The notes under the pieces were generated by a model. That model saw nothing but the letters and a program-made list of their open reading frames with translations. It did no database searches and was not told the origin of the DNA. A program made the position numbers and the translations under genes. A stretch of DNA of 64,000 nt from Squalus acanthias (lineage: Eukaryota), in contig CM059425.1 of NCBI GenBank assembly GCA_030390025.1, forward strand, positions 178,376,001 through 178,440,000, in the 5' to 3' direction. This document shows positions 26,563 to 40,146 of this stretch, one piece after another; within the stretch, counting starts at the first letter, position 1; each line of letters starts with the position of its first letter.

Positions 26563-28502
26563 CTAATTGTGCTTTATCTTCCTCTTCCGCGTGCTTCTAC
26601 GTGGTGCTTCCCCTGTGGCTTCAGCAGATGTGGAGGCACCTTGCTCACTTTCATGCTGCTCCTGCTTTGACACCTTTGGCAGGCGTCCTCTGGGTTTGCG
26701 AGCCTGTGAGGGCTCGCCAACAGTCTGCTCTTCCTGTGGCTGTGCAGGGGCTGAGACGCCCATCTCAGTTGGGTGAGGACTCTGTTGGGGCTCTGACCGA
26801 GGGCAACGCAGTGGCATGGGAGCGTGAGCGCTTGGAGAGGAGCCCAAACTTCCTTGTTGCCTGCCACCAACATCCCTCTCATGGGTCAGCCCCACTTTAG
26901 TGCTAGCAAGTGGCTGGACAGCACCTTGCTGCACATCAGGTGGGCCACGAGGACCCGTATCTACACTGGTAGTCCTCCTCAAAAGGACTTCCATGAAGCT
27001 CTGGTTTCTCTGCTCAATAGCTGCCCATTGCTCCTCCAGAGATGTCAATCTATTCTGAACATTCACCATGTTTTCCTGACTCTGGTGACTTATTTCCTCC
27101 ATGAACATAGCCAGCCTTTCCATGGAGGTTGCCATCCTTTCCGTGGTGGTGCGTTCATGCGCCATTGCCTCCACAAAGGCACTGCTCATGTCAGAGTTGG
27201 ACTCCTCCATCCTCTCCACACTCGCAGTAATCCTGGATGCAAAACCTGCCAGAGACTCCTGCACTTGTTCCTGGAGTTCCAGCACCGCTCTCTTTCTGGA
27301 TGACCCCAGAGGCACAGGGTCCACATGCAGCTGAGCAGAGCTGGGAGCGCCCTGCGGCCTCCAACGAGGACTTTCCACTGCTGTCCCTGTCTCCACCATC
27401 TGCTGATGCTCACTTGTGAGCTGTGATACACCAGGTGACAAGACTAATCTATCGCGCAAATGACCCACCGAGGTGTGCGTATCTGCGCTGGTGCTGGGTG
27501 TGCTTAATTCTGCTGACACTGCGCCCTCAGAGGTTGCAGATTCCTCTGAGGAATCTTGAGGCTCAGGCTCTTCCTCCTGGACAGTGGGGAGGGGGGCTGT
27601 TGATGGTCCTGTGGGGGAGTAAAGGCATGAGTTAGACCTGTGATATTAACGTAGCATGCACATCAAATTGTGTAGATGATCATAAGTCAATCTGTTTGAG
27701 CATCAGATGCCATATCAGTCACTAATGCAATGTAAATGAGAGAGATGCAAATCTATTCTGTCACCAGCTTGCTCTGCTGCGCCCGTCTGACCGTCCCCCA
27801 CTTCCAAATCCTCATCACCTCCGATGATTTCAAGTGCCGCCTCCTCAGCATTGGTCAGATTGGAAATAGAAGGTGGCCCTCCTCCTGAGATAGCCCTCTC
27901 CCTCTTATTGTGGGCTCTCTTTTCCTGCAATGAGGGACACAAGTGGAGTTTGAGTGAGAATGATGGAGTGAGTGTAGAGAATCCATAGCATAGATGCTTA
28001 GGAGACAAAGATGGAGTGAGGTGCCAATACCAAGGGCCCTCCCTGTGCATTGTTAGTTGTTGGCATTGCATAACAGTGATCACGAGTGTGAGGGCAGCAT
28101 AGTCGAATAGTGAAGTGATTGTGTACATAGAGAGAGGGATGGTTAAGGGTGCAAGGGATGTGAGGGTAAAGTGGGATGTGCAGGAGTAGGTTGACAATGC
28201 AGAGTGCTGGTGATGAGAGAAGATGGGGAGCAGATTGAGGGCAAGTGTGATGTTATACTCACTTTTCCTGAGCATACCAGGTCATTAAACGTTTTCCTGC
28301 ACTGCACCCAGGATCGAGTGCACAACGATCTAGAGCTGACCTCTTGAGCAATTTGCAGCCAGGCTGCTTTTCTTTGCTGTGGAGGCTTCCTCCGTCCAGA
28401 GGATGGGAAGAGTACCTCCTGGCGCCCTCTGACTCCCTCCACAAGAGCATGGAAAGAGTCATCATCAAAACGGGGTGAGGTCTTGGCCCTTGAAGCATTC
28501 AT
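26563..28502 (-). CDS. Harbinger Myb/SANT-like DNA-binding protein, three exons (28502-28263, 27924-27765, 27608-26563), 481 aa, open
   Basis: PRF..AAWLQIA..RSWVQCRKTFNDL domain; GT-AG introns in phases 0 and 1 join without stops; basic C-terminus RRSTRKRK. Confidence 0.8.
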
Positions 28503-30139
28503 GGTAGCAGTTGGTAGCACGAAATCCAGCATCAAATAATGAGAGAATGAAACAAGGCTGCATGGGCCCCTTAAATGCATCTGGCTGACAGGTGTCAGCA
28601 GAGGCGAGCAACAGACCCAAAACCACTAATTGGCCAGGGTAGCACACACGCAGGGACTCAATAGCCCAATTAGGGCAACATTTCAATTTTTGACCGGCTG
28701 AAAGTGGCGACGGGACCGGAACCCGCCGACCATCTGACCCGCACCCAACCCGCCACCAATGAGAAAGTTGCGGCCTGAGTATTGGCAGGCCGTGGGAAGC
28801 ATCATTGTCAAATCCAATATTGTCTTCTGCTAGCATCTACATGCATGCAGTTTCTAGCAAAAGTCACTAGATAGCAATAAGGAACAGGAACCCTGACTGA
28901 TCTTTTTCCCATCCATAGTGCATGCTCGTTGAGACCAATGGTAGCATCCCAACTGCCGCACTGGTTTTGGATTGTGTCTTCTCTTTTGTGTGTGTGTGGT
29001 GATAGCAGACTATGCTATGTCTAACTTGTGTAAACGGTTTATCCAGAAAACTTTATCTCATATTTTCCATCTTTTCTTATTTTCCCATTACTTCTCTTTT
29101 TGCATTTACTGGGACATCTGAGTTCTAATTTCCCGTAGCGCACGTTTGGTATTATGCGCAATCCTGAACACAGCTTCAAATCCCACATCCAGTCTATCAC
29201 CAAAGTAACCTGCTTTCAACTAGGAAAACACTATCTGCATCTCCCCTACCACATCCCCACCGCCACCAAAATCCTCATTTTTGTCACTTCTAGACTGATT
29301 TCTCCGATTCCCCTCCCACACCTTGCCAGCCTTCCAAGTTCTATTCCACATAGTTGCACCCTATCTGTACTAAGTTCTGCTCACACCTGCTCACTTATTA
29401 CATAGGCTTCCTGTCTCCCATGGCCTCAGTATGCTCTAACTCAGCAACCTCCTGTAGCCCTACATCCCAACTCACAACTATCCCCCCGCTCCCCCCCCCC
29501 CCACTCTTTGGAGTCTCCCTCTGCTCCACCATTCACTGGTCCTTCAGTTACCCCCCTGCATTCTGAAATTCTCTTCTCAAACCCCTCTGCCTTACTACAT
29601 CTCTCCTCACGTTACCTGTTTGACATCACTTTCAGTTTCCTTCCCTGAACTTCTCCTAATTCCTGCAGTAGTCAGACCCCCTCCATCCCCACTTGTGATG
29701 CACCTTGGGATATCGTGTTCGATTAAGGGCATATATAAATGTCATTTGTTAGAACTTCTCTCCCTTTTTTCCATTACCAGGTAATTTTTATTATTTTAAG
29801 AACAAGTACATCAGTTTGCTGCACCGCAGAACCTAACACATTAACACATGCCTAATGTTTGTCTTGTTTTCAGGTCAAGACCTAGCTCACCAACCTCGAT
29901 TTTTTCGTCACGTTATATGTTTTTTTTTAAAATGTATCATATATATTTATATTATAACTTCAACTATACAAGTTTAGCACCAGTGAATTTCCTCAGAACT
30001 GCTCCTACTTCACCACTATAATTTCAGGGAAATATAAAACAACTTGCATTTATATAGCGCCTTTAACATAGTAACTTCAAGGAAAATAATCTCTCGATTA
30101 TTGTCCGAGCCGTGTGCAAATTGACACAGAGACAGACAG

Positions 30140-31480
30140 ATCAGGAGAGTTAACATGTGGCTGGCTAAAGGGCTGGTGTGGGAATGAGGGGTTCATTTTC
30201 ATGGAACACTGGCACCAGTACTGGGACAGGAAGGAGCTGACGAGCTCCACCTGAACCAGGATGGGACCAGTGTCCTAGCGGAAAGGGTAAATAGGGAGGT
30301 GGCATAGGCTTCAAACTAGTAAGACGGGCAGAGAGATCTACAAGAAATGAAACAAGCTTAAATATAAACAAAACAGGAAAGGAGAGCATAGGACAAACTA
30401 AACTAAGGGAGGACATAAACGGCCAGGGAATAAGTAGAGTTACAGGACAGGAGTGTTAAAAAAAAACTTTAAAAATAAAGTGAGCGGAACAGTTATTAAA
30501 AATGAGTTAAACTGTCTGTACAGCAATGCCGTAATAAACCGGGGACTGGAGACATTGCGAGGAACCAGATATAGTCAGGATTACTGAAACATGGCTGCAG
30601 AAAAATCAGGACTGGGAATTAAACATTGCAGGGTATAACATATTTAGAAAAGATAGAGGGGGGAAAGGGGGAGGTGGAGTAGCTATACTTATTAGCGATA
30701 ACATAATTGCAGTAGAAAAAAGTGATACAGCTATCAGTAAGACAGAAATAGAATCCATGTGGATAGAGATAAAATAATAAAGGATCAATCACACTAATAC
30801 GGCTAGTCTACAGACCACCTAATAGTGGAAGGGAGGTGGAGGAAGAAATATGCAAACAAGTTAGGGGAATGAGTAGAAAACATAGATAAATAATCATGGG
30901 GGATTTCAACTACTCCAAAATTAATTGACCAGAAGAGATAGGTAAAGGGGATAAGGGAATGGAGTTCCTACAATATATACAGGACTCCTTCCTAACCCAG
31001 TATGTAAGAAGCCTGACAAGGGAGGATTCACTACTGGATCTAGTAATGGGTATGAGCCAAAGCAGATAAGAGAAGTAAAAGTAGGAAACATCTAGGCAAT
31101 AATGCGCATAATTAATACGGTTTAGGATAATAATTGAGAAGGACATAAGCATGACAAAGACCAGATTAATAGATTGAAGAAAAGCTGATTTTGAGGAGCT
31201 GAGAATAGAACTTGGGAAAATAAAATGGACAACAATAATGGTAAACAATGGTGTAGAACAGCAATGGGGAAACATTTAAAACTGTGTTCAACAAGCCCAG
31301 GAAAAATATCTTCCACTAAAAAACAAGAAGAAACTAAAACAAAAGATGGATGAATAAAGACAAAAGGGAAAAATTGAAGGTAAAGAAACTAAATACATGA
31401 GCAGCAGGGGAGAGCACGACCAGGGAGAATACGAAGAGACTAGGAGAGAAGCTAAATAAATAATTAGGAAGGTAAAGAGG
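30140..31480 (+). mobile_element. Degenerate CR1 LINE (ORF1 end and endonuclease)
   Basis: Remnants encoding ITETWL, YRPP and MGDFNY. Confidence 0.8.
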
Positions 31481-31489
31481 GACGATGGC

Positions 31490-31897
31490 CGTTGACGACA
31501 TAGCTCATGGCCCGGTGCACAACCCTCGCACATGTGGGCAGCATGCCTACAACGAAAGTCATGCTGCCACATGAAATTTCATAGAGCACACCGTGGACGT
31601 GCTGAAACAACACTTCCGCTTCCTGGACTACTCTGGGGAGCCCTGCAGCACTCGGCAAAGCGGGTGTCAAGATTCATGGTAATCTGCTGCATGCTGCACA
31701 ATCTCGCCATCATGAGGGCACAACCCTTGCCACCAGCTATACAGCAAGCAGCTCAGGAGCAGGAGCTGGAAGGGAGGAGGCAAACTAGACAACCCCTTTC
31801 TGGCTGAGCTGGCCGTGAACGACTCATACGACTGCGATACCAGTAAACGCAACACCAAATCCACATTCACCAATAGTCCCACATCTTACCTTCCCTA
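31490..31897 (+). pseudogene. Harbinger H3 transposase C-terminal fragment
   Basis: GALQHSAKRVSRFMVICCMLHNLAIMRAQPLP, matching the H2 and H4 transposase ends. Confidence 0.8.
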
Positions 31898-34800
31898 GAA
31901 TCATAGAATGGTTACAGAACAGAAGGAGGTCATTCAGCCCATTGAGCCCGTGCCGGCTCTCTGCAAGAGCACTTCAGCTAGTCCCACTCCCCCGCCCTTT
32001 ACCCGTAGCCCTGCAAATTTTTTTCCTTCAGGTACTTTTGAAAGCCATGATTGAGTTTGCCTCCACCACCCTTTCAGGCAGTGCATTCCAGATCCTAACC
32101 ACTCGCTGAGTAAAAAAGTTTTCCCGCATGTCGCCTTTGGTTCTTCTGCCAATCACCTTAAATCTGTTTCCTCTGGTTCTCGACCCTTCTGCCAATGGGA
32201 ACAGTTTCTATCTACTCTGTCCAGACCCCTCATAATTTTGAACACCTCTATCAAACCTCCTCTCAATCTTCTCTGCTCTAAGGAGAACAACCCCAGCTTC
32301 TCTAGTCTATCCACGTAACTGAAGTCCCTCATCCCTGGAATCATTCTCGTAAATCTTTTCTGCACCCTCTCTAAGGCCTTCACATCCTTCCTAAAGTGTG
32401 GTGCCCAGAATTGGACACAATACTCCAGTTGAGGCCGAACCAGTGTTTTATACAGGTTCATCATAATTTCCACGCTTTTGTACTCTATACCTCTATTCAT
32501 GAAGCCCAGGGTCCCGTAAGCTTTTTTAACTGCTTTCTCAACCTGCTCTGCCACCTTCAATGATTTGTGCACATATAGCCCCAGGTCTCTCTGTTCGTGC
32601 ACCCCCTTTAGGATTGTACCCTTTAGTTTATATTTCCTCTCCTCATTCTTTCTACCAAAATGTATCACTTTGCACTTTTCTGTGTTAAATTTCATCTGCC
32701 ACGTGTCCACCCATTCCACCAGTCTGTCTATGTCCTCTTGAAGTCTATTACTATCCTCACTGTTCACTATACTTCCAAGTTTTGTGTCATCTGCAAATTT
32801 TGAAATTATGTCCTGTACACCCACATCCAAGTCATTAATATATATCAAGAAAAGCAGTGGTCCTAGAACCAACCCCTGGGGAACACCACTGTATACCTTC
32901 CTCCAGTCCGAAAAACAACCGTTCACCACTACTCTCTGTTTCCTGTCACTTAGCCAATTTCGTATCCATGCTGCCACTGTCCCTTTTATTTCATGGGCTT
33001 CAACTTTGCTGGCAAGCCTATTATGTGGCACTTTGTCGAACGCCTTTTGGAAATCCATGTACACTACGTCAACCGCATTACCCTTATCAACCCTCTCTGT
33101 TGCCTCATCAAAAAACTCGATCAAGTTAGTTAAACGCCAACAAATCCATGCTGGCTTTCCTTAATTAATCCACACCTGTCCAAGTGGCTTAATTTTGTCC
33201 CAGATTATTGTTTCTAAAAGCTTCCCCACTACTGAGGTTAAACTGACTGGCCTGTAGTTGCTGGGTTTATCTTTACACCCTTTTTTGAACAAGGGTGTAA
33301 CATTTGCACTTCTCCAGTCCTCTGGCACCACCCCTGTTTTTAAGGAGGATTGGAAGATAATGGCCAGTACCTCTGCAATTTCTTCCTTCACTTCCCTCAG
33401 CGTCCTAGGATGCATTCTATCTGGTCCTGTTGACTTATCGACTTTAATTACAGCCAGCCTTTCTCATACCTCGTCTTTATCAATTTTTATCCCATCCAGT
33501 ATCTCCTCTTCCTCGTCCTTCACTATGTCTATGGCAGCAATCTTCATCCTTGGTGAAGGCAGATGCAAAGTACTCATTTAGCACCTCAGCCATACCCTCT
33601 GCCTCCATGTGTAGGTCTCCTTTTTGGTCCCTAATCGGCCCCACCCCTCCTCGTACTACCCGTTTACTATTTAAATGCCTATAGAAGACTTTTGGATTAC
33701 CTTTTATGTTAGCTGCCATTCTATTCTCATACCCTCTCTTTGCCCCTCTTATTTTCTTTTTCACTTCTCCTCTGAACTATCTATATTCAGCCTGATTGTC
33801 AGATATATTCTCGACCTGACATCTGTCATACGTGCTCTTTTTCTGCTTCATCTTATTCTCTATCTCTTTCGTCATCCAGGGAGCCCTGACTTTAGTTGCC
33901 CTGCCTTTCCCCCTAGTGGGAATGTACCGCAACTGTACCCAAACTATTTCTTCTTTAAAGATAGCCCATTGTTCCATTACAATTTTGCCTGCCAATCTTT
34001 GATTCCAATTCACCCAGGCCAGATCTGTTCTCATTCCACTGAAATTGGCCTTCCTCCAATTAAGTATTTTTACTCTAGATTGCTCCCTGTCCTTTTCCAT
34101 AGCTAATCTAAACCTTATGATACTGTGATCACTGTTCCCTAAATGTTCACCTACTGACACTTACTCCATTTGACCCACCTCATTCCCCAGAACCAGATCC
34201 AGCAATGCCAGGATAGTTGAAGTCCCCCATTATCACTACTCTATAGTTCTTGCATCTCTCTGTAATTTCTCTGCAAATTTGCTCCTCCATATTTTCCCCA
34301 CTAGTTGGTGGCCTATAGAATACACCTAGTAGTGTAATGGCACCTCTATTATTTCTTAACTCTAGCCATATAGATCCTGTCCTTGACACCTCCAGGACAT
34401 CCTCCCTCACCAGCACTGTAACATTCTCCTTAACCAATACTGCCACACCACCTCCTATCTTTCCTTCCCTATCTTTTCTGAACACCTTATATCCTGGAAT
34501 ATTTAATACCCAATCCAGCCCTTTTTTGAGCTAGGTCTCTGATATTGCCACAACATCATATTCCCATGTGGCTATTTGCACCTGCAGCTCACCAACCTTG
34601 TTTACTATGCTTCGTGCATTCACATACATACACTGTAAACCTATCTTAGATCATCCTGTGCTCTCTCTTAGTCTGACCCCACCTAATACCTTATTATTTC
34701 TTACTTTAGTGCTATCCGTCTCTCACAATCCTTTGTGCCCTTTGTTTCTGCTTTCTAATGCTACATCCTGGTGCCCATCCCCCTGCCAACTGAGTTTAAA

Positions 34801-36125
34801 CCCTCTCCAACAGCACTAGCAAACCTCCCCGAGAGGATATTGGTACCGGCTCTGGTGAGGTACAACCCGTCCGGCCTATACAGGCCCCACATCCCCCAGA
34901 ACCGGCCCCAATGTCCCAGGAATCTGAAACCCTCCCTCCTGCACCATCTCTCCAGCCACGCATTCATCTGCTCTATCCTCCTATTTCTGTACTCACTCGC
35001 GTGTTGCACCAGGAGTAATCCAGAGGTTACTACCTTTGAGGTCCTGCTTTTTAACCTCTATCCTAGCTCCCTAAAATCTGCCTGCAAGATCTCATCCCTC
35101 TTTCTACCTATGTCGTTGGTACCGATATGGACCACGACCTCTGACTGTTCACCCTCCCCCCTCGAAATGTTCTGCAGCCGCTCAGTGACATCCTTAACCC
35201 TGGCACCAGGGAGGCAACATACCATCCTGGAGTCACGTCTGCGGCCGCCGTCACGCCTGTCTGCTCCCCTAACAATTGAACCCCCTATCACTATTGCTTT
35301 TCCACTCTTCTTCCTCCTGCCCTGTACAGCTGAGCCACCCGTGGTGTCGTGGACTTGTCTCTGGCTGTACTCCCCAGAGGAACCATCGCCCTCACCAGTA
35401 CTCAGAACAGAATACTGGTTGGAGAGCGAGATGCACTCAGGGGACTCCTGCACTACCTACCTGGTCCTCCTCTTCTGTCTGGCGGTCACCCATTTCCTCT
35501 CTGCCAGCGCACTCCTTAGCTGCGGGGTGACCACCTCCTGAAACGTGCTATGCACATAGCTCTCAGCCTCGCGAATGCACCGCAGTGACGCCAGCTGCCG
35601 CTCAAGCTCTGAAACCCGGAGCGCGAGCTCCTCCAGCTGACGACACTTCCTGCACATGTGGTTGTCCAGGAAATGGGAAGCGTCCTGGATTTCCCACATG
35701 GCACAGGATGCGCATTCCGTGGGACTGAGCTGCCCTGTCCCACCATGCCTTTATTTATTCGACTATTAACTAACTTTACAGAAACTTAAGACTAAGATGT
35801 ACCTAATTCAAGTTATTAATATAATATATTATTAACAGTTACTAATTTAATGTAGTATTAACAGTTACTAATCTCCAAGCTCCTGCTTTATCCCTAACCA
35901 GCTATTTAACCCCGGCCCCTAACTTGAAGAGCAAAAAAAACAATGTGACCTTTATCAACCAATCAGTTACCAGCTGTCCTGTGATATCACTCCTGGATTT
36001 TTTTTTCCCCGCTCTGCTCCGGTTCCCAGTTAGGTTCGCTTTCCTCCTCGGCTGCTCGCAGTGAGTTCAGGCCCCCCTCTGACCACGCTCTTTATTTACT
36101 TGCCTCTACTCCGGTTCCCAGTTAG
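31898..36125 (-). mobile_element. Near-full-length CR1 LINE (ORF1 with Zn finger, coiled coil and SGNH esterase; ORF2 APE-RT; disrupted)
   Basis: ORF1 ~35746-34760 (CRKC, VVHIGTND); ORF2 motifs YRPP, GDFNYP, NSDH and FADD (323-aa piece); TTCTATGA tail at ~31898. Confidence 0.92.
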
Positions 36126-36254
36126 GCTCTGTTACTGACCATCACAGCGTCCACTTGGCCACAATGCAAAGATAAAAGCCAACACAAAATAAACATTTCA
36201 AACCAAATTTATCAGTCAAACCATGCTATACTGCATACAAAGAAAGAAGAAAGA

Positions 36255-36626
36255 AAAACTTGCATTTATATAGCGCCTTTCACAACCACCGGACGTCTCA
36301 AAGCGCTTTACAGCCAATGAAGTACTTTTGGAGTGTAGTCACTGTTGTAATGTGGGAAACACGGCAGCCAATTTGCGCAAGGCAAGCTCCCACAAACAGC
36401 AATGCGATAATGACCAGATAATCTGTTTTAGTGATGTTGATTGAGGGGTGAATATTGGCCAGGACACTGGGGATAACTCCCCTGCTCTTCTTCGAAATAG
36501 TGCCATGGGATCTTTTATGTCCACCTGAGAGAGCAGACAGGGCCTCAGTTTAACATCTCATCCAAAAGACAGCACCTCCGATATTGCAGCACTCCCTCAG
36601 CACTACACTGGAGTGTCAGCCTAGAC
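36255..36626 (-). mobile_element. Deu-domain SINE (SacSINE1/AmnSINE1-like) with L2-type tail
   Basis: Minus strand has GTGGACATAAAAGATCCCATGGCACTATTTCGAAGAAGAGCAGGGGAGTT (recognised from memory); tail GGCGCTATATAAATGCAAG resembles the L2 ends in this window. Confidence 0.65.
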
Positions 36627-38677
36627 AAATGTCAGCTAATCACTCTTGTACATTCCCCTAGTGCCTGTCTTCTGTGTGCCTTTGCCTATCCTAGTGCTCC
36701 TACCCCTGTGGCTGCAGCATGGCTGGTGGAAGGCTGTTGACTTTCAGTGGGGGAGACTGCAGATCGCCTTGGAGGAAGACCTCAAGCAGCTCTGGGCCTA
36801 GAAGGCCCGGCTTCGGACTGCCCCATCTTGGCATGGGCGGCAGCAGTCTGGTCTGGCTGGCTGACAGGCAACAGGAAGGGCACTAGCAGAGTGGCAGTGG
36901 TGGGAGGATGAATGCTGTCATCCTGAGAGAGGACACCAGATTTGTGCTCCACTGAGCCACAGCCACTCCCCCGGGGCGGTGCCTCAGCAATCCTAATAAT
37001 TTGTTTGAGGACAGATTGCTGGATTTCTGTGATACCCTGCAAGCCCCTTTCCACACTCGTAAACCCAGCCACAATGGCAGCAGTCTGGGCTTGCGTGGCA
37101 GCAACCTGAGCTAGTGTGGCAGAAGTCTGTGTTTGCATGTCATCAAGCTGAGCTTGCATGACAGAATTCTGAGCTTTCATTGCAGCACCCAGACGTTGGG
37201 TGGCTTCTTCTTATGCTGCAATGGAAGCTGAGACATCGGCCGTCAGATGCTGCATCATGGTTGGGTCCACAAGTGTGCTAATGGAGTTGGCCACCACTTC
37301 CACGCTGGAAGAATGAGCTCCAAGCCCTGTGCCAAGTTGGTGCTGGACTCCATGCTCCTTGACATTGCACACAGACTTTCTGGCAAGCCTGCCAATGCAC
37401 CAAGCATTTAATTGTGTATACCCATCAGCCTTCCTCTGTAGCCCGCCCATCGAAGTGCTCATCAGAGTTCTCTGCAGCAGAACTCGTGTGCGAACTCGCC
37501 CTCAGGCGAGGTCAGACCTGTGCTACCCTTGCTCCCTGCCCTGGCTGCAGGCCACTTGTGCCCGGTGTCTCACCACATACAGATCCAGTGTCAAAGCTAC
37601 TCTCTGAAGTTGCTTTACATTCCATTATCTGAGCTGGTGGATGCGAGTGTTTATTCATCATTACTGTCTTCTTCCTCCTCTACCTGTTGCTCTTCAACCA
37701 CTGCCTGGCCAGGTAGCAGTTCTTAGCTATCTGAAAGGAGAAAGGCACAAGGGTAGAGTTGCGGTGTTGGGACTGGGGAAAGAAGTGCATGCTTACATCA
37801 TTTGCAGCTTTTAAATCAAAAGGCATTTGGGATGAGGGAGAAATGGGATGTGAGAAGGAGGATTAGGTCATCTTCGATGGTTTCAGCCCTGCCGCTGGCC
37901 ATGGCCTCAGCGATGGCCGCTCCAATGATGGTGACCACTGTCTCCTCCATCGGGGTAAGGACATGCGGCCGTGCCTGTCCCCCGCCGGTTAGCTCCTGCT
38001 TCCAGAGCAAGAGAGAGGGAAGTGTGTCAGTGAGTGTCGTGCAATCGGTTTGGGTGATGTGCCTGCCATAGTTGAATAGCTGGCAGTGTGTACAAGCTGT
38101 GAGTTGTAGGTGTGAGGCTTGCAGCATTCCTAAGTGTATGAGGGTGAGATGAAGCTATGAATGTGAGGTATGAGTCGTGATTGATAGAAATTGTTGATGG
38201 GTGAGTGATGGGGGTGTGGTGCATTGAGCAGTGTATGAGGCTAGTGGTGCAGTTGGTGGGATATGGCATTTGAAGTTGAATTCACTCACCTTGACCACTC
38301 GTGTGAGGTCATTGAACTTCTTAGGACACTGCATCCAGGTGCTCGAGACTTGAGTACTGCCATTGACTGCTGTGGCTATCTGCTCCTACTGCCTTCGCAG
38401 AGTTTGTTTGGAGGGCCTCCTGGCCCCCTGTGGATAAAGGACCTCTCTCCTCCTCTCCACCTCCTCCACCAAGGCTCCAGTGCAGCCTCAGAGAATCTAG
38501 GAGCCTGCTCTCTGCCATGTTTCACTATAATTCACTCTTCTTCCTGCTAGGACTCTTTGCACAAACAGTTCAATGATCTGCTGCAGGTAGAATACACCTC
38601 CCCTTTGAGAGGTGCAGGCTGGCTTTAAGTGGTGCTAGCCTTGCACAATCTTGGGCCCCCTGCTCAGGCATACAGCC
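36627..38677 (-). pseudogene. Harbinger H3 Myb/SANT gene, decayed
   Basis: Exon 1 ~38518-38290; ELTGGGQARPHVLTPMEE exon; exon 3 highly similar to 45320-46060 (AIVAGFTSVERGLQ, VLSQDDSI). Confidence 0.82.
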
Positions 38678-39107
38678 TGTAAGGGTAATTAACAAGTAAA
38701 CACTACTGATTGACCAAACAATAAAGAACTTTAGAGGTTAACGATGGTGATGTGATAAAATGTGAAAACCAAGTCAAAACCTAATTATATACGAGCAAAA
38801 GAATAGTCACCGAGCAAATGATTAAATCACAAGGGAACTAAGGAGTGCAACTCATGGATAGAGACCCCTAACATGGGCAATGTGATAGCATTAACAAATA
38901 GTGTGACTAGCATGTGATATTTTGTAATAGCTTGCATAAGCAACAACAAATGTATATAAGTAAATGAAATGAGAGAGATCGGCGAAGTCCCACTTGAAGC
39001 TGTCAAGTGAGAGTCTTCCCCTGCATATGCTTGAATAAAGATCGTTGTGAACCTATCTACCAATGTCTGTCTTGACTGAGAGGGAGGAAATTGGAGTCCC
39101 TCTAACA
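38678..39107 (+). repeat. Retroviral 5' LTR, 430 bp
   Basis: TG...CA ends; TATATAA at 38953; AATAAA at 39034; PBS follows after 3 nt; the left edge interrupts Harbinger H3. Confidence 0.8.
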
Positions 39108-39110
39108 AAT

Positions 39111-39128
39111 TGGCGTAGTCGGCAGGAT
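39111..39128 (+). promoter_or_regulatory. Primer-binding site, tRNA-Ser
   Basis: TGGCGTAGTCGGCAGGAT is the 18-nt complement of the vertebrate tRNA-Ser 3' end (ATCCTGCCGACTACGCCA). Confidence 0.88.
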
Positions 39129-39435
39129 ACCAAAGCACCCAGAGTGGCAACAATGAAGGGCAATCAAGGGTGAGTATATTTATATTAGCACCCATAGCTA
39201 GTGTCCGTAATCATTGTTGGCATTTTTCTCTGGTAAGACTTGGTATCCGAACAAAACAGATATACAGACTTGGCAGAGGGTGCGATTGAGTGAGTCATAC
39301 GTCGTGTAGAGCTGTATAACTGTAACCCGAACCGCGGATAGTATCTGAGTGAGTCAGAGTTACTAACCAACAGCCAAAACAGAGTAGTCAACTTACTAGA
39401 CGGAGACTGGAAAGTTCCTGCTAGCGATCTTTATA

Positions 39436-40122
39436 ATGGCCAAAATGGATTGGGGCCTGGAAGAGTCCATAACTCGCTATTTAGCAGAAAAGAAAGATAA
39501 AATGATTAATAAAATCGAGAAAAAGGGGTGGGATCCGAGAGATGACCCAGACAGACAAAAAACATGGTGGTTAAAACAGACCAAGGACAAGGAAGAAACT
39601 GAAAATATCATTGTCATGGCTTGTTACGTGAATCAATGCCAGAAACAAGAACAAATACAAGAGAGAGCTGAGCTCAAGGGAAAGATAGCAGCTATTAAGC
39701 TGCCCAGGAAGAAGTTAGCTCCATTAAAGGGATTTAGAGATTCCCTAGAAACAGACCTCCCCCTCCCAACAACAAATAGTTGTATTAAAATCCAAGGAGG
39801 AGGAGGGGAAAACCCTTAAAGCATATAAAAGTGAAACAGTATTATTGGAAACGAAAGATGTAATGGTCCCTGTATGTATATGGGTATGTAAAAATCCCGA
39901 GGGAACCATTTTGGGCATAGATATCCTCAGAGAATTAGGAGGAATAATCAACCCTAAAGAGAATACTATAATCTGGCCAGACAAAACCAGGTCTCGCCCC
40001 TAGGGTGGGATGGACCAAATGACGTCATTATGTCAAGTGACACCTGTGCATGTGTGGATATGGAAAAGAGGGGAGGACGGTGGAAATGCTGGTCTCAGTT
40101 AAAAGAGTATAAAAATCACTAA
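39436..40122 (+). pseudogene. Deleted gag-pol: putative Gag N-terminus, protease C-terminal half, integrase C-terminal domain
   Basis: ORF 39436-39819; shifted frame gives GTILGIDILRELGGII (aspartic protease C-terminal motif); then APR/WDGP..V...W..WSQLK (integrase CTD-like). No RT or RNase H. Confidence 0.68.
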
Positions 40123-40146
40123 TACATCCGGTGACGACTGGACATT

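Larger units (their letters stand above)
24562..28775. mobile_element. Near-complete PIF/Harbinger transposon H2
   Basis: TGA TSD (24559-24561 / 28776-28778); degenerate TIRs AGCTGCGATTTT versus GGCCGCAACTTT; convergent transposase and Myb genes. Confidence 0.88.

Noticed and set aside
29874..29930. Acceptor-like site followed by QDLAHQPRFFR
   Set aside because: No convincing donor or neighbouring exons; too short to assign.
34771..35541. 256-aa plus-strand ORF
   Set aside because: Antisense shadow of CR1 ORF1.
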